Assembly (NCBI GenBank): GCA_964584165.1
Contig: CAZOYW010000006.1
Coordinates: 36,022 to 100,021, forward strand
DNA: 64,000 nucleotides
Source: an uncultured bacterium
GTDB lineage: Bacteria > Auribacterota > Erginobacteria > Erginobacterales > CAZKCI01
Reading direction: 5' to 3'
Shown here: positions 48,481 through 57,128 of the stretch, in pieces
Position numbering within the stretch: the first letter of the stretch is position 1
How the letters are laid out: every line of letters starts with the position of its first letter
The notes under the pieces: generated by a model
Database searches by the model: none
What the model was told of the DNA's origin: nothing
Seen by the model: the letters and a program-made list of their open reading frames with translations, nothing else
Translations under genes and position numbers: made by a program

Positions 48481-48598
48481 GGCGTGGACGCCTCCCCGAT
48501 ATTGGGTTCTCTTCCGTTTCGCGTGGGTTATTTCACGGGGAACGGCAGCCTGCCCTGAGTTTGTCGAAGGGTTTCGCCGCGACCCGGCCCCCGCCGGG

Positions 48599-48710
48599 CC
48601 TGTGGGAGCGACATTCCTGTCGCGATCCGAGCCAGCCGAGCCTGTGGGAGCGCCGTCCCCGGCGCGATCCGAGTTGGCCCGGATCGGGGCAAGAATGCCC
48701 CTCCCACACA
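48599..48710. repeat. REP-like palindromic element, second locus (one and a half units)
   Basis: cctgtgggagcgacattcctgtcgcgatcc... cctgtgggagcgccgtccccggcgcgatccgagttggcccggatcggggcaagaatgcccctcccaca; about 85% identical to 17613-17682. Confidence 0.6.
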
Positions 48711-48756
48711 ATCCGGCGTCTATCGCCAATTTACCCATACATGAGGAAGAGAACCG

Positions 48757-49920
48757 TTAATGGCTTGAGCTGAAGATACCGTTCCAGATGGACAAGCCCT
48801 GGAAAAAGCGGGCGAAGGTCTCCCGGTCCGCCCGGTCCTCGGTTCGTTCGACGAGCTCCCTCCCCGCCGCCGCGAGTTCCCGGCAGCAGGAACAGTAATC
48901 ATTCCCGGCGAGGCGGACGCCCCGGAGAAAGGCGCAAAGGGCATCGGAAAGCCGCATCCCCGCCTGCTCATTCTCGAAGTCGCGGAAGAAGTCGTGGGGA
49001 TTGCGCTCCTGGGCGACCAGGGGGAAGCCGTAGCTCACCCGGTCGCCCAGGTGGTCGGAGATCGCCCTCACCACGTAGGCGGCCCAGATGTCGTCATACC
49101 TACCGATCGCCGGGCTCAGGAAATAGGCCGGGATCACCTCCCGGGCCAGCGCGGTGTTCTGGGAGTTGAAGGGGGCCCAGGTCCCCGGCTCCAGAGCGAA
49201 GTTGGCCTCTCGCGCGTAGCGCTCCACCCTAAGCTCCTTGTAGAGATGGGTCAGGGCGTCGACGTCGGGGACGCCGAGCCAGAGGCCGGCGTTGACCGCG
49301 AGACGCCCCTCGGCCTGCCGCGCGCGATAGTCGCCGTCCTTCCATCTCGCCCCCATCGGGTAGCCTCGGGGATAGAAGGGGAAAGCCGTCCGCTCCTCGA
49401 GAAAGCGGCAGACGTTGAACCAGCCGGAATCGGAGGCGAAGCTCTCGAGCGCGGCCCGACGGCCGACCACGGAGTGCGCCCCCAAATAATCCCCCTCCCG
49501 GACGAAGTTGTCGTCGTCGATGGTGACGATCACCTCCGCCCCCTGCTGGTAGGCGTAGAGCGTCGAAAGGTTCCTCCTCTGGATGACGTTCCAGGGGAGG
49601 TGGGCGAGGAGGTCGCGGTGGGCGGCGAAGGCCTCCTCCTGGCGCGCGGCCGGGAAAAAGATCATCTCCTCCCCGAAACGGCGGCGCAGCCCGGCCAGGA
49701 GATCTTCGACTGCCCGGTCCGGCGTCTTCCGGTCGCCGGCGATCACCCAGAGGACTCCGCGGTGGCCGTAGCGTGCGGCGTTTTCGAGGTACCCCTCGAG
49801 GAGACGGGGGACGTGGATGGTGGTGGTGACCACCGCTGTGGCTCGATCGGTCATGGTCGACGGCATGACTTCCGGAAGCGGCCCCGCCGCAGTTGATGGC
49901 CGCACGCCCGGATTATTCAC
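48757..49920 (-). CDS. RGP (reversibly glycosylated polypeptide)/GT75-family protein, putative UDP-L-arabinopyranose mutase
   Basis: IVTIDDDNFV, FYPRGYPMGARW, AGLWLGVPDVDA and GRYDDIWAAYVVRAISDHLG match plant RGP motifs ([54 protein letters not shown]). The start is uncertain: GTG 49920 lies inside the palindrome, and ATG 49866 and ATG 49854 are alternatives. Confidence 0.65.
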   Translation of the reverse strand: MNNPGVRPSTAAGPLPEVMPSTMTDRATAVVTTTIHVPRLLEGYLENAARYGHRGVLWVIAGDRKTPDRAVEDLLAGLRRRFGEEMIFFPAARQEEAFAAHRDLLAHLPWNVIQRRNLSTLYAYQQGAEVIVTIDDDNFVREGDYLGAHSVVGRRAALESFASDSGWFNVCRFLEERTAFPFYPRGYPMGARWKDGDYRARQAEGRLAVNAGLWLGVPDVDALTHLYKELRVERYAREANFALEPGTWAPFNSQNTALAREVIPAYFLSPAIGRYDDIWAAYVVRAISDHLGDRVSYGFPLVAQERNPHDFFRDFENEQAGMRLSDALCAFLRGVRLAGNDYCSCCRELAAAGRELVERTEDRADRETFARFFQGLSIWNGIFSSSH

Positions 49921-49950
49921 GAAAAACGGCGGTTTTCACGAATAATCCGG
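49908..49950. promoter_or_regulatory. AT-rich palindromic operator-like motif CCGGATTATTCACGAAAAACGGCGGTTTTCACGAATAATCCGG
   Basis: Inverted repeat CCGGATTATTC/GAATAATCCGG flanking two direct TTCACGAA repeats; sits at the 5' end of the RGP-like operon; the same outer motif recurs at 63700-63743. Confidence 0.55.
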
Positions 49951-50109
49951 GAGGATCTTCCCCAAATCAGCTGATAAGAAACGCGCCAGGCCATCTCTAT
50001 CCAGATTGGATCGGGGCGGGACGCCCCTCCTATTCAATCGTCTGTTCTATTTTTTAAGTCGGGCCGACGGCGACAGCGCGCGGTGAGGTGAGAGGCCGCC
50101 GCGCCGGCG

Positions 50110-51153
50110 CTACCGTAACAGAGCCGGCCAGAAGTGCGGGTTACCGATCAGGGCGCAAGTCTGGGCGCAGGACCAGGAGCAGTGGCAGGGCGGATCCGAG
50201 CGGCGGAGCTTCCGGGCAAACTCGCGGGCGGCCGGAGACCGCAGTACCGCCCGGAGATCGTAGCCGTGGTCGCGAACGTTGCCGAGCGAGGCCCAGAGCG
50301 GCTCGCAGGCGAAGACCTCCCCGGCCTCGCTTAAGACCCCCAGCCGCCGGAGGGCTCCGCAGAATCGCCCCAGGTTCCGCTCCGACTCCCAGCGCTCGAC
50401 CAGGCGGTCCTTGGCCTCCTTGAAGCGAACGGCGAGGCGGGAGGAGGGGGCGCGCGCGCCGGCAGCGTTGAGAGCCGAGACGCGGAGGCGCAGTCGGCGG
50501 AAGGCCTCCCCGCCGACGTCCGCGCGCGCCCCCTCCGGGGCGGTTCCGTGGACGCCGGTCAGGATCAAGCGGTGGAAGAAGAAGCCCTCCCCCACCCGAT
50601 CGAGGAACTCCTCGAGGCGGCCGGCGTTCCCGGAGCTGAAGACGGTGACGATCTCGACCCGCAGGTTGGGGAGGCGGGCGGCCGCCGCCGCTAAGAGGCG
50701 GTTCGTCCGGCGGACGCGCTCGAAGAGGCCGGGCCGGCCACGGATCTCGTCGTGGAGATCCCCCCAGCCATCGACCGAGAGCTGGACGCTGAGGAGGGAG
50801 GAAGGGAGGGCGCGGGCGAAGCGCTCGGCCAGGTCGAGGAGGGGCTCGGCGCGCCCGCCGTTGGTCGAGACCTCGACCAGGCGGGGCCGCCGGCCGGCGG
50901 CGGCCAGGACCAGCTCGGGGAGGTCGGGGCGCAGGGTCGGCTCCCCCCCCGTGATCTTGAGGTAGGCGAGCGGCCCGTAGCCCCGGAAGATCCTCCCCGC
51001 CTCGTCCGGCGTAAGCTCAACGGACGGGTCGCTCGCGGCGATCCGGGGGAGATAGAAACACATCCGGCAGCGGCAATCGCAGCGGGCGGTGACGAAGAAG
51101 ACGAGGAGCTGGGGCGTAGAGCGGAAAAGGAAGGCGGGGGCGATCCCGATCAT
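50110..51153 (-). CDS. Radical SAM/SPASM-domain enzyme, anSME-like paralog (347 aa)
   Basis: CDCRCRMCFY; SVDGWGDLHDEIRGRPGLFERV; C-terminal CEPLW...CHCSWSCAQTC. Confidence 0.85.
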   Translation of the reverse strand: MIGIAPAFLFRSTPQLLVFFVTARCDCRCRMCFYLPRIAASDPSVELTPDEAGRIFRGYGPLAYLKITGGEPTLRPDLPELVLAAAGRRPRLVEVSTNGGRAEPLLDLAERFARALPSSLLSVQLSVDGWGDLHDEIRGRPGLFERVRRTNRLLAAAAARLPNLRVEIVTVFSSGNAGRLEEFLDRVGEGFFFHRLILTGVHGTAPEGARADVGGEAFRRLRLRVSALNAAGARAPSSRLAVRFKEAKDRLVERWESERNLGRFCGALRRLGVLSEAGEVFACEPLWASLGNVRDHGYDLRAVLRSPAAREFARKLRRSDPPCHCSWSCAQTCALIGNPHFWPALLR

Positions 51154-51210
51154 GGCGACAACCCAGCGGACCGGACGGGCCAGAACCCGTCCCGGGACGA
51201 TTTCACGGCT

Positions 51211-53442
51211 TCAATAAAGCGCCAGCTCCGCCAGCGTCGAGAAACGGAACGGCGTCTCCCCGGTCCCGTGCCCGGAGTAGATGACGAGCTTATAATAGCG
51301 GAAAGGCCCCCGCTCGGGCAAATCCCAGAAACGCCACTCCCCGCCCGAGATCGGTTCGCCCTGGACGATCGGGGCGATCTCCTCCCAGTCCTGGCCGTCC
51401 CGGCTCCCCTGGAGGAGGGCGCAGTTGAGGAAACCCTCCGGGCATTCCCGGCACGACTGGGCGGCCAGGACCCGCGCCGCCGCCGGCCGGCCGGGGCCCA
51501 AATCCGCCAGCACCCAGTCCGGGGGCCCGGGCGGATGCGGGGACAGACGCCAGCAGGTCTCCGGGCGGCCATCCGCCAGGACGGCCGCGTCGAACTCGGC
51601 AGCGCGGCGGGAGGATCCGGAGATGGCCGCCCCGGCCAGGAGGTTCTTGCGCCGGGGGAGGACGATGCTCCGCCCCTCCCCCGGCGGCGGGGGCGACGGC
51701 GGAAAAGCCGTCTCCGGGAACGCGCGCAGTATTTCCGTGATGTCCATCGTCCAGGCCGTCCCGGCGCGGCGGAAATCCGCCCCCACCTCCGTTGGGCACC
51801 GGCTCCGGAGCTCCTCCAGAACCGCTTCGAGCCGAGCCGGTGACCGGGCCAGGACGACGGCCCGGAAGGGAGCGTCCCGCCGGGCCAGCCGCCAGAGGGA
51901 GAGGGCGTCCGTCACCAGCATCCCCCGGTTCGGAAAGGTCAAGACCGGCGCGTCGGCGTAGTACTCGATCTCCGGCGAGATCTGGGGGACGTTGGGAGCG
52001 TGCTCGCGGTCCGCGTAGCTCCGGAAGAAACCGTAATCGAAGTACACCGTCTCCTCCCGGCGTTCCCGGAGGAGGGCGCGGGCGGCGCGGAGGTCATCCT
52101 CGGCGATGGGGAGGGAGGCGGCGGAGGCGACCTGGAGGCTCGTCAGCAGGTTGACCGTGACCAGGACGACGGCGGCGGCGAAGACCGCGAGTGAGGCGGC
52201 CAGGGACACGGCCCGCCGGAGAAAGGAGCCTCCGCCGGCGCCGGGGGGGGCGGTCATTCCCCGCGCGGCGCCGACGAGGGCAGCGGCCACGAGGAGGGAA
52301 CGGAAGGGGCCGATCTGCCGGGTCTGGTAGGCCATCGCCCCGGAGACGGGGACGAGAAGGGGGAAGAGGAGGCCGCCGGCGAGGAGGAGGAGGAGGACGG
52401 GCAGGCCGGCCGGGGAGAGAAGGCGGCGGCGCCAGGACCAGATAGCGCCGGCCGCAGAGGCCGCCCAGGCGGCCCCGAGGAGAACGGGGGGGAGAAGATA
52501 GCGGGGGACGTTGCGGACGTAGATCGCCTGCTCGTCGAAAACGAAGCGGAGCGTGCTCGGGATCAGGCGGAACTGGGAAGTCCCGGCCCGGGAGCGGCTG
52601 AGGAAGGTCTCCCGGACGTCGAGCCAGGCGTCGGCCCAGCCGAGGTACCAGGCGTTCTGGCAGAACTGCAGGCCGTAGGCGAGAAGGGGGGCGGCCGCCA
52701 TCAAGGCCCAGCGGCGCCAGCGCCGCCGGCCCGCGATGAGGTCGAAGCCGACGATCCAGAAGAAGGAGAAGAGGACGGCGTCGAAGCCGTGGGCGGCCAC
52801 GGCGAAGAGCAGAAGCCAGGTGAGAAGGGCGCGGCGGCGGGACGGCCTCTCCCGCTCCCAGACCGTCGCCGCCATCACGGCGAAGCGGAGGAGGTCGTCC
52901 CCGGGCATCTGGGCGAGACTTAAGGCGTAGCGGAGGAAGCCGCGGCTCGTGAGGTAGTAGAGACAGGCGAGGAGGGCGACCGTCCCGCCGCAGAGGCGCC
53001 GGAGGGCGAAGAAGAACAGGGCCACGGAGCTTAAGGAGAGGAGGAGCGCGTACTTGGAGAGGAGAGGATAGGTGGCGAGCCCCAGCTTCCAGAGGAGGGC
53101 GGGAAGGACCAGGTAGCCGCTGGGGTAGTGGGTGTAGTAGAGGCGGGGGCCGACCAGGGGAGAGACCGCCCAGTCCGTCCCGTGGGCGAGATGGCGGAGA
53201 GGGGGCTCGTCGAGGAACCGGACGGCCCGCGCGTAGCCGTGGGCGATGAAGAGGAACCGGTGGCGGAGGAAGCCGTCCCGCCCCCAGAACCGGCAGGTGA
53301 GGAGCGTCTGGGCGTCGCCGAAGGACCAGTCGCTCCAGCCGGCGTCGCGGGCGGACTCCACCGCGAGGTAGCCACCGGACGCGAGCAGGGCGGCGACGAG
53401 AAGGATCCAGGCCAGGCGGTCGCCGGATGCGGTGCCTTTCAT
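51211..53442 (-). CDS. Polytopic membrane protein with a C-terminal discoidin/F5-8-type-C-like domain (743 aa)
   Basis: TM-rich N-terminal 450 aa; C-terminal ...WRLSPHPPGPPDWVLADLGPG...YYKLVIYSGHGTGETPFRFSTLAELALY, which I judge (tentatively) to resemble a carbohydrate-binding module. ATG 53442 forms an ATGA overlap with the upstream stop. Confidence 0.55.
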   Translation of the reverse strand: MKGTASGDRLAWILLVAALLASGGYLAVESARDAGWSDWSFGDAQTLLTCRFWGRDGFLRHRFLFIAHGYARAVRFLDEPPLRHLAHGTDWAVSPLVGPRLYYTHYPSGYLVLPALLWKLGLATYPLLSKYALLLSLSSVALFFFALRRLCGGTVALLACLYYLTSRGFLRYALSLAQMPGDDLLRFAVMAATVWERERPSRRRALLTWLLLFAVAAHGFDAVLFSFFWIVGFDLIAGRRRWRRWALMAAAPLLAYGLQFCQNAWYLGWADAWLDVRETFLSRSRAGTSQFRLIPSTLRFVFDEQAIYVRNVPRYLLPPVLLGAAWAASAAGAIWSWRRRLLSPAGLPVLLLLLAGGLLFPLLVPVSGAMAYQTRQIGPFRSLLVAAALVGAARGMTAPPGAGGGSFLRRAVSLAASLAVFAAAVVLVTVNLLTSLQVASAASLPIAEDDLRAARALLRERREETVYFDYGFFRSYADREHAPNVPQISPEIEYYADAPVLTFPNRGMLVTDALSLWRLARRDAPFRAVVLARSPARLEAVLEELRSRCPTEVGADFRRAGTAWTMDITEILRAFPETAFPPSPPPPGEGRSIVLPRRKNLLAGAAISGSSRRAAEFDAAVLADGRPETCWRLSPHPPGPPDWVLADLGPGRPAAARVLAAQSCRECPEGFLNCALLQGSRDGQDWEEIAPIVQGEPISGGEWRFWDLPERGPFRYYKLVIYSGHGTGETPFRFSTLAELALY

Positions 53443-55586
53443 CTCGCGGACCGGCCGTGACGGGGGGACATGATCGCGAAGACCTCCCGGGGGGACGTCC
53501 CGGCGGATGGGGGGAGGCCGAGAATCCGGACCGAGTTCCAAGGACGCTCATAGAAGTCCCAGACCCAGAGCGCGTCCTCCCACCGCTCCATCCGCAGGGG
53601 CGCCTCCCAGGAGATCCCGTCCGACGAGACCTCGACCACGGGCGTCTCCGCGAGGGCGGTCGGGAAGACCACGATCAGGTCGCTGAAGGGCCCCCCGGAG
53701 CGGTCGAGGAGGATTTCGAGTCCGCCCCCGCTCCTCTCCCGCGCCCCCTTGACCGCACCCGGGACTCCGTAGCGGGAGCGAAGCTCCTCCCAGAGGCGCG
53801 GCCCGAGGACGGGATGGCGCCGGAGCTGGAGGAGGAGGTCCGGGACCTCCCCCTCCGGGATCGGCTTGACCGCGGCGGCGGCCAGCCCCATCCGGAGCGC
53901 TTCCTCATCCTGGCCGTCCCTCAGGTAGAGGCGGGCGCGCATCTGCAGGTCGTCGACGCAGTTGGACCAGTCGAAGGGGAGCGTCCGCCAGCAGCCGGCG
54001 TAGCGCCCCGCGCGCTCCCAGCGTTCGACCGCGGCGGCGGTCCGGCGGAGAGCGGCGGCGACCGCGGCCAGATTGGCGGCGGCCAGGGCGGCGAGGGCAA
54101 ACGCCGCCAGGCGGAAGCGGGCGGGGCGGGAGAGGCGGCGGCGGAGCGCCGCGACCGCGGCGGCGAGGGGCACCCCGGGGAAGAGGACAAGGAGACTCCA
54201 CCAGTAGTCCGAACGGGGGACCTGGAGAAGGGGAGAAAGGAGAGCGCCGGCGCGGGGGAGCACCCGGAGGGCGGCGCGGACCGCCGCGATCGGGTTCTCC
54301 GGCGAAGCGATCTCCCGGGCGGCGGACGGGAGAAGCGGGGCCGTCCGGTACCACCAGGGGAGATACCAGAGAGAAAGCTTGACGAAGGTGACGTAGGCGA
54401 GGAAGAGCGCGGCCGCCGCCCACGCCGCGCCCGCCCAGCGCCGGCGGAAGAGAAAGGTCAGCCCCAGCACGAAAGCCGGCGCCAGGGAAAGGCTGTAGCG
54501 GGAGCTGAGATAGAGCTGCGCCTCGATATGGCCCCGCCGGAAGAGGCTGATGGCGAAGGCCAGCGCGATCACCCCCCAGAGCGGAAGAACGACCGGGCGA
54601 AAGCGGCGGGGCGCGAGAAACAAACCGGCGAGGCCGAGCAGCGGGACGATGCTCAGGGTCAGGAAATCGGGCTGGCGGAGGAGAAGACGAGCGACCTGGG
54701 AGAGCGACTCCCGGGCCACCGCCGCCCCGTAGAGGTCCGGGTTCCAGGACCCGAACCAAGCCCGGAAGACGAGGGCCTGGGGCAGAACCGCCAGGGCGAA
54801 GCCGGCCGCTCCCTGGATCCACGCCGCCAGGAGGGAGAGGCCCCGGAGCCGCCCCGACCTCCACCAGCCGATCCCGGCCGTGGCCAGGAAAATCCCCCAG
54901 AAGGCCGACTGGATCCGGACCAGGGCGGCCATCCCCAGGAGGAGGCCGAGGAGGAGACCCCAGAAGCGGGGAAAGGAGGGCGAGAAATGGAGGGAGAGGA
55001 CGAGGTGGAGGAGGAGACCGATCAGGAGAAGCGCGATCAGCTCCGATCCCCCCTGTTTGAAGAAGAGGAGCCACCACCACTCGGTGCTGAAGAGGACCGC
55101 CGCCAGCGCCATGAGCGCCGGCGCGCAACCGGAGCCGAGACGGCGGCAGAGGCGGTAGAGGACGAGGAGGGCGGCGAACCCGCAGAAGACCGCGGTGGCG
55201 TTGTACCAGAAGAGGCGGAAGCGGTCGACCGGCCCGGAGGCGGGGGAGGCGGACCAGTCTCCTTCGACCGGAAGGCGCGCCAGTCTCGCCGCCGCCCGGC
55301 CGGCGAAGAGGAAGGGGCAGGAGAGGAGGGCGCTCCCCACCGTGTGCGGGACGGCGAGATGGCCGGTGACGGTCAGGTGCCGCTCGGTTTGGGGGATCTT
55401 GGCCTCCTGGTCGTAAAGGAAGAGGTCGCCGTCCCGGCAGAGGCTGGCGGCCATCAGGAAATAGGAGGAATCGACGAAGACGGCCTTTCCCCTCGTCCAG
55501 AGGGCGGTCGCCAGAAGAAGGGCCGCGCCGCCGAGCGCTACTCGGCGGACAAGGCGGCCGGACGGGATCGGTGCTTCCGCAGCCAT
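53439..55586 (-). CDS. GT-C-like polytopic membrane protein, paralog family A (C-terminal ...REVFAIMSPRHGRSAR)
   Basis: VFVDSSYFLMAASLCRDGDLFLYDQEAKIPQTERHLTVTGHLAVP. Start ATG 55586 lies 43 nt after the rSAM stop, with a GAGAGG RBS. The upstream 500 aa of the 1217-aa ORF is an alternate frame of the rSAM gene. Confidence 0.7.
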   Translation of the reverse strand: MAAEAPIPSGRLVRRVALGGAALLLATALWTRGKAVFVDSSYFLMAASLCRDGDLFLYDQEAKIPQTERHLTVTGHLAVPHTVGSALLSCPFLFAGRAAARLARLPVEGDWSASPASGPVDRFRLFWYNATAVFCGFAALLVLYRLCRRLGSGCAPALMALAAVLFSTEWWWLLFFKQGGSELIALLLIGLLLHLVLSLHFSPSFPRFWGLLLGLLLGMAALVRIQSAFWGIFLATAGIGWWRSGRLRGLSLLAAWIQGAAGFALAVLPQALVFRAWFGSWNPDLYGAAVARESLSQVARLLLRQPDFLTLSIVPLLGLAGLFLAPRRFRPVVLPLWGVIALAFAISLFRRGHIEAQLYLSSRYSLSLAPAFVLGLTFLFRRRWAGAAWAAAALFLAYVTFVKLSLWYLPWWYRTAPLLPSAAREIASPENPIAAVRAALRVLPRAGALLSPLLQVPRSDYWWSLLVLFPGVPLAAAVAALRRRLSRPARFRLAAFALAALAAANLAAVAAALRRTAAAVERWERAGRYAGCWRTLPFDWSNCVDDLQMRARLYLRDGQDEEALRMGLAAAAVKPIPEGEVPDLLLQLRRHPVLGPRLWEELRSRYGVPGAVKGARERSGGGLEILLDRSGGPFSDLIVVFPTALAETPVVEVSSDGISWEAPLRMERWEDALWVWDFYERPWNSVRILGLPPSAGTSPREVFAIMSPRHGRSAR

Positions 55587-57052
55587 CGCCTCTCGATCCG
55601 GGAGGAGAGCGCCGGCCAGAACTCCGGGCTGATCAGAGCGTAGCCGAAGGCGCTGAGTATGGAATTGGACCACTGGACCCCCCGGAAGAGCCGGGAGATT
55701 ATCCGGGGGAGGAAGATCATCGGGTTGGCGAGGAAGGTCATCCAGACCAGGCGGCCGCCGAAGACGAGGTAGGTCTTCAGGATCATCCGGGGGACGAAGG
55801 AGGGCGGCACGCCGGGGTTCTTCGCCCCCCGGCTGTAATGGAACGAGTACATCGTCTGGGCGTCGGCGGACTCGTTCATCTCCGCCGCCCGGGTGGCGAG
55901 ATCGGTGCCCGGCAGCGGCGTATAGGAGAAGAAAAGCGGCACGTGCAATTCCATGCGCCGGGCCAGATTGTAGGTGGCCCGGATCGTCCGCTTGGTGTCC
56001 CCGGGAATCCCGAAGATGGCGTAGGTCTTGACGATGATGCCGCGCCGGTTGCAGCTGTCGACGATTTCGGGGAAGACGCTCCCCGAGCTCCCCTTTTTCC
56101 GGAGCACCGTTTCCCGGATCGCGTCGTCGCCCGACTCCATCCCGATCCGCACCTGCACGCAGCCGCTCTCTTTCATCAGGTCGAGCTTCTCCTCGGAGGC
56201 GTTGTGCCGGTCCGCCTTGAGAAAGGCCGAGTAGGGGAGCGCGCGGTCGAGGCCGAGGGAGCGGTACTCGTCCGCCCAGGCCTTGAGCCAGTCGAGATCG
56301 AAGCTGAAGACGGAGTCGTAGAGGTGGGCCGCCTTCATCCCCCGGTGCCGGTAGCGGTCGTAGAGGACCTTGATCTCGCGGACGTAGCGGCGGGGGTCGC
56401 GCAGGCGGAAGCGCCGGCCCGGGCAGACGCCCTTGAGCATCGACTCGGCGCAGAAGGCGCAGTCGTAGGGGCAGCCCCGGCTGCCGATGACGTAAAGGCG
56501 CTGGAGGAAGTAGAGGTACTTGTCGATGTCGGCGAAGAGGTCGTAGTCGGGGACGGGGAGGGAATCGAGGTCGGGGTTGTGCGGCCGGGGCTCGTTCCGG
56601 ACGATCTCCCCGCCCCGGCGGTACCAGATCCCCCTGACCCCGGAGAGATCCCGCTTCCCCTCGAGCGCTTGGAGCCACTCCGCCAGGGCCTCCTCGCCGT
56701 CGCCGATGCAGAGGGCGTCGAACTCCGGGACCCGCATCGTCTCCTCGGGGGCCATCATCGCCTGGAAACCCCCGACGATCATCGGGACCGGCCGGATCCG
56801 CTTGATCCGCCGGGCGATTTCCCGGGCGTAGTCGAAGTAGAGGGAGACGACCGAGATCCCGACCGCGTCGGGTTGGAAGCGGCGGATTTCGCCCTCGATG
56901 TAGGACCGCCAGTCGCGGCGGCGGAAGGTGGGGTCGATGATCCGCACCTGGTGCCCCGTGCGCTCCTTGAGGTAGGTGGCGAGGTAGGCCACCCCCATGT
57001 CCAGGCTGGGGACGGTGCCGTCGAGGTTGGGGTAGACGATGGCGACTTTCAT
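55538..57052 (-). CDS. B12-binding (class B) radical SAM enzyme
   Basis: MKVAIVYPNLDG...; SRGCPYDCAFCAES. An alternative TTG start at 57094 is possible. Confidence 0.85.
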   Translation of the reverse strand: MKVAIVYPNLDGTVPSLDMGVAYLATYLKERTGHQVRIIDPTFRRRDWRSYIEGEIRRFQPDAVGISVVSLYFDYAREIARRIKRIRPVPMIVGGFQAMMAPEETMRVPEFDALCIGDGEEALAEWLQALEGKRDLSGVRGIWYRRGGEIVRNEPRPHNPDLDSLPVPDYDLFADIDKYLYFLQRLYVIGSRGCPYDCAFCAESMLKGVCPGRRFRLRDPRRYVREIKVLYDRYRHRGMKAAHLYDSVFSFDLDWLKAWADEYRSLGLDRALPYSAFLKADRHNASEEKLDLMKESGCVQVRIGMESGDDAIRETVLRKKGSSGSVFPEIVDSCNRRGIIVKTYAIFGIPGDTKRTIRATYNLARRMELHVPLFFSYTPLPGTDLATRAAEMNESADAQTMYSFHYSRGAKNPGVPPSFVPRMILKTYLVFGGRLVWMTFLANPMIFLPRIISRLFRGVQWSNSILSAFGYALISPEFWPALSSRIERRWLRKHRSRPAALSAE

Positions 57053-57128
57053 GGCGGAGGCGGCCGGGCGCGGCTGCCGGGGATTGTAGCACAACCCTCC
57101 GCCGCCTGCCGAGGGGATGCTGCCCGCT

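Noticed and set aside
49990-50100. Rho-independent terminator after the SPASM gene 50110-51153
   Set aside because: A GGGGCGGGACGCCCC hairpin exists, but the T-run is 20 nt away and on the wrong strand for the - strand transcript; not convincing
55587-57092. Upper 500 aa of the 1217-aa ORF 53439-57092
   Set aside because: It is an alternate frame of the B12 radical SAM gene 55538-57052, which has clear catalytic motifs; the GT-C paralog really starts at ATG 55586
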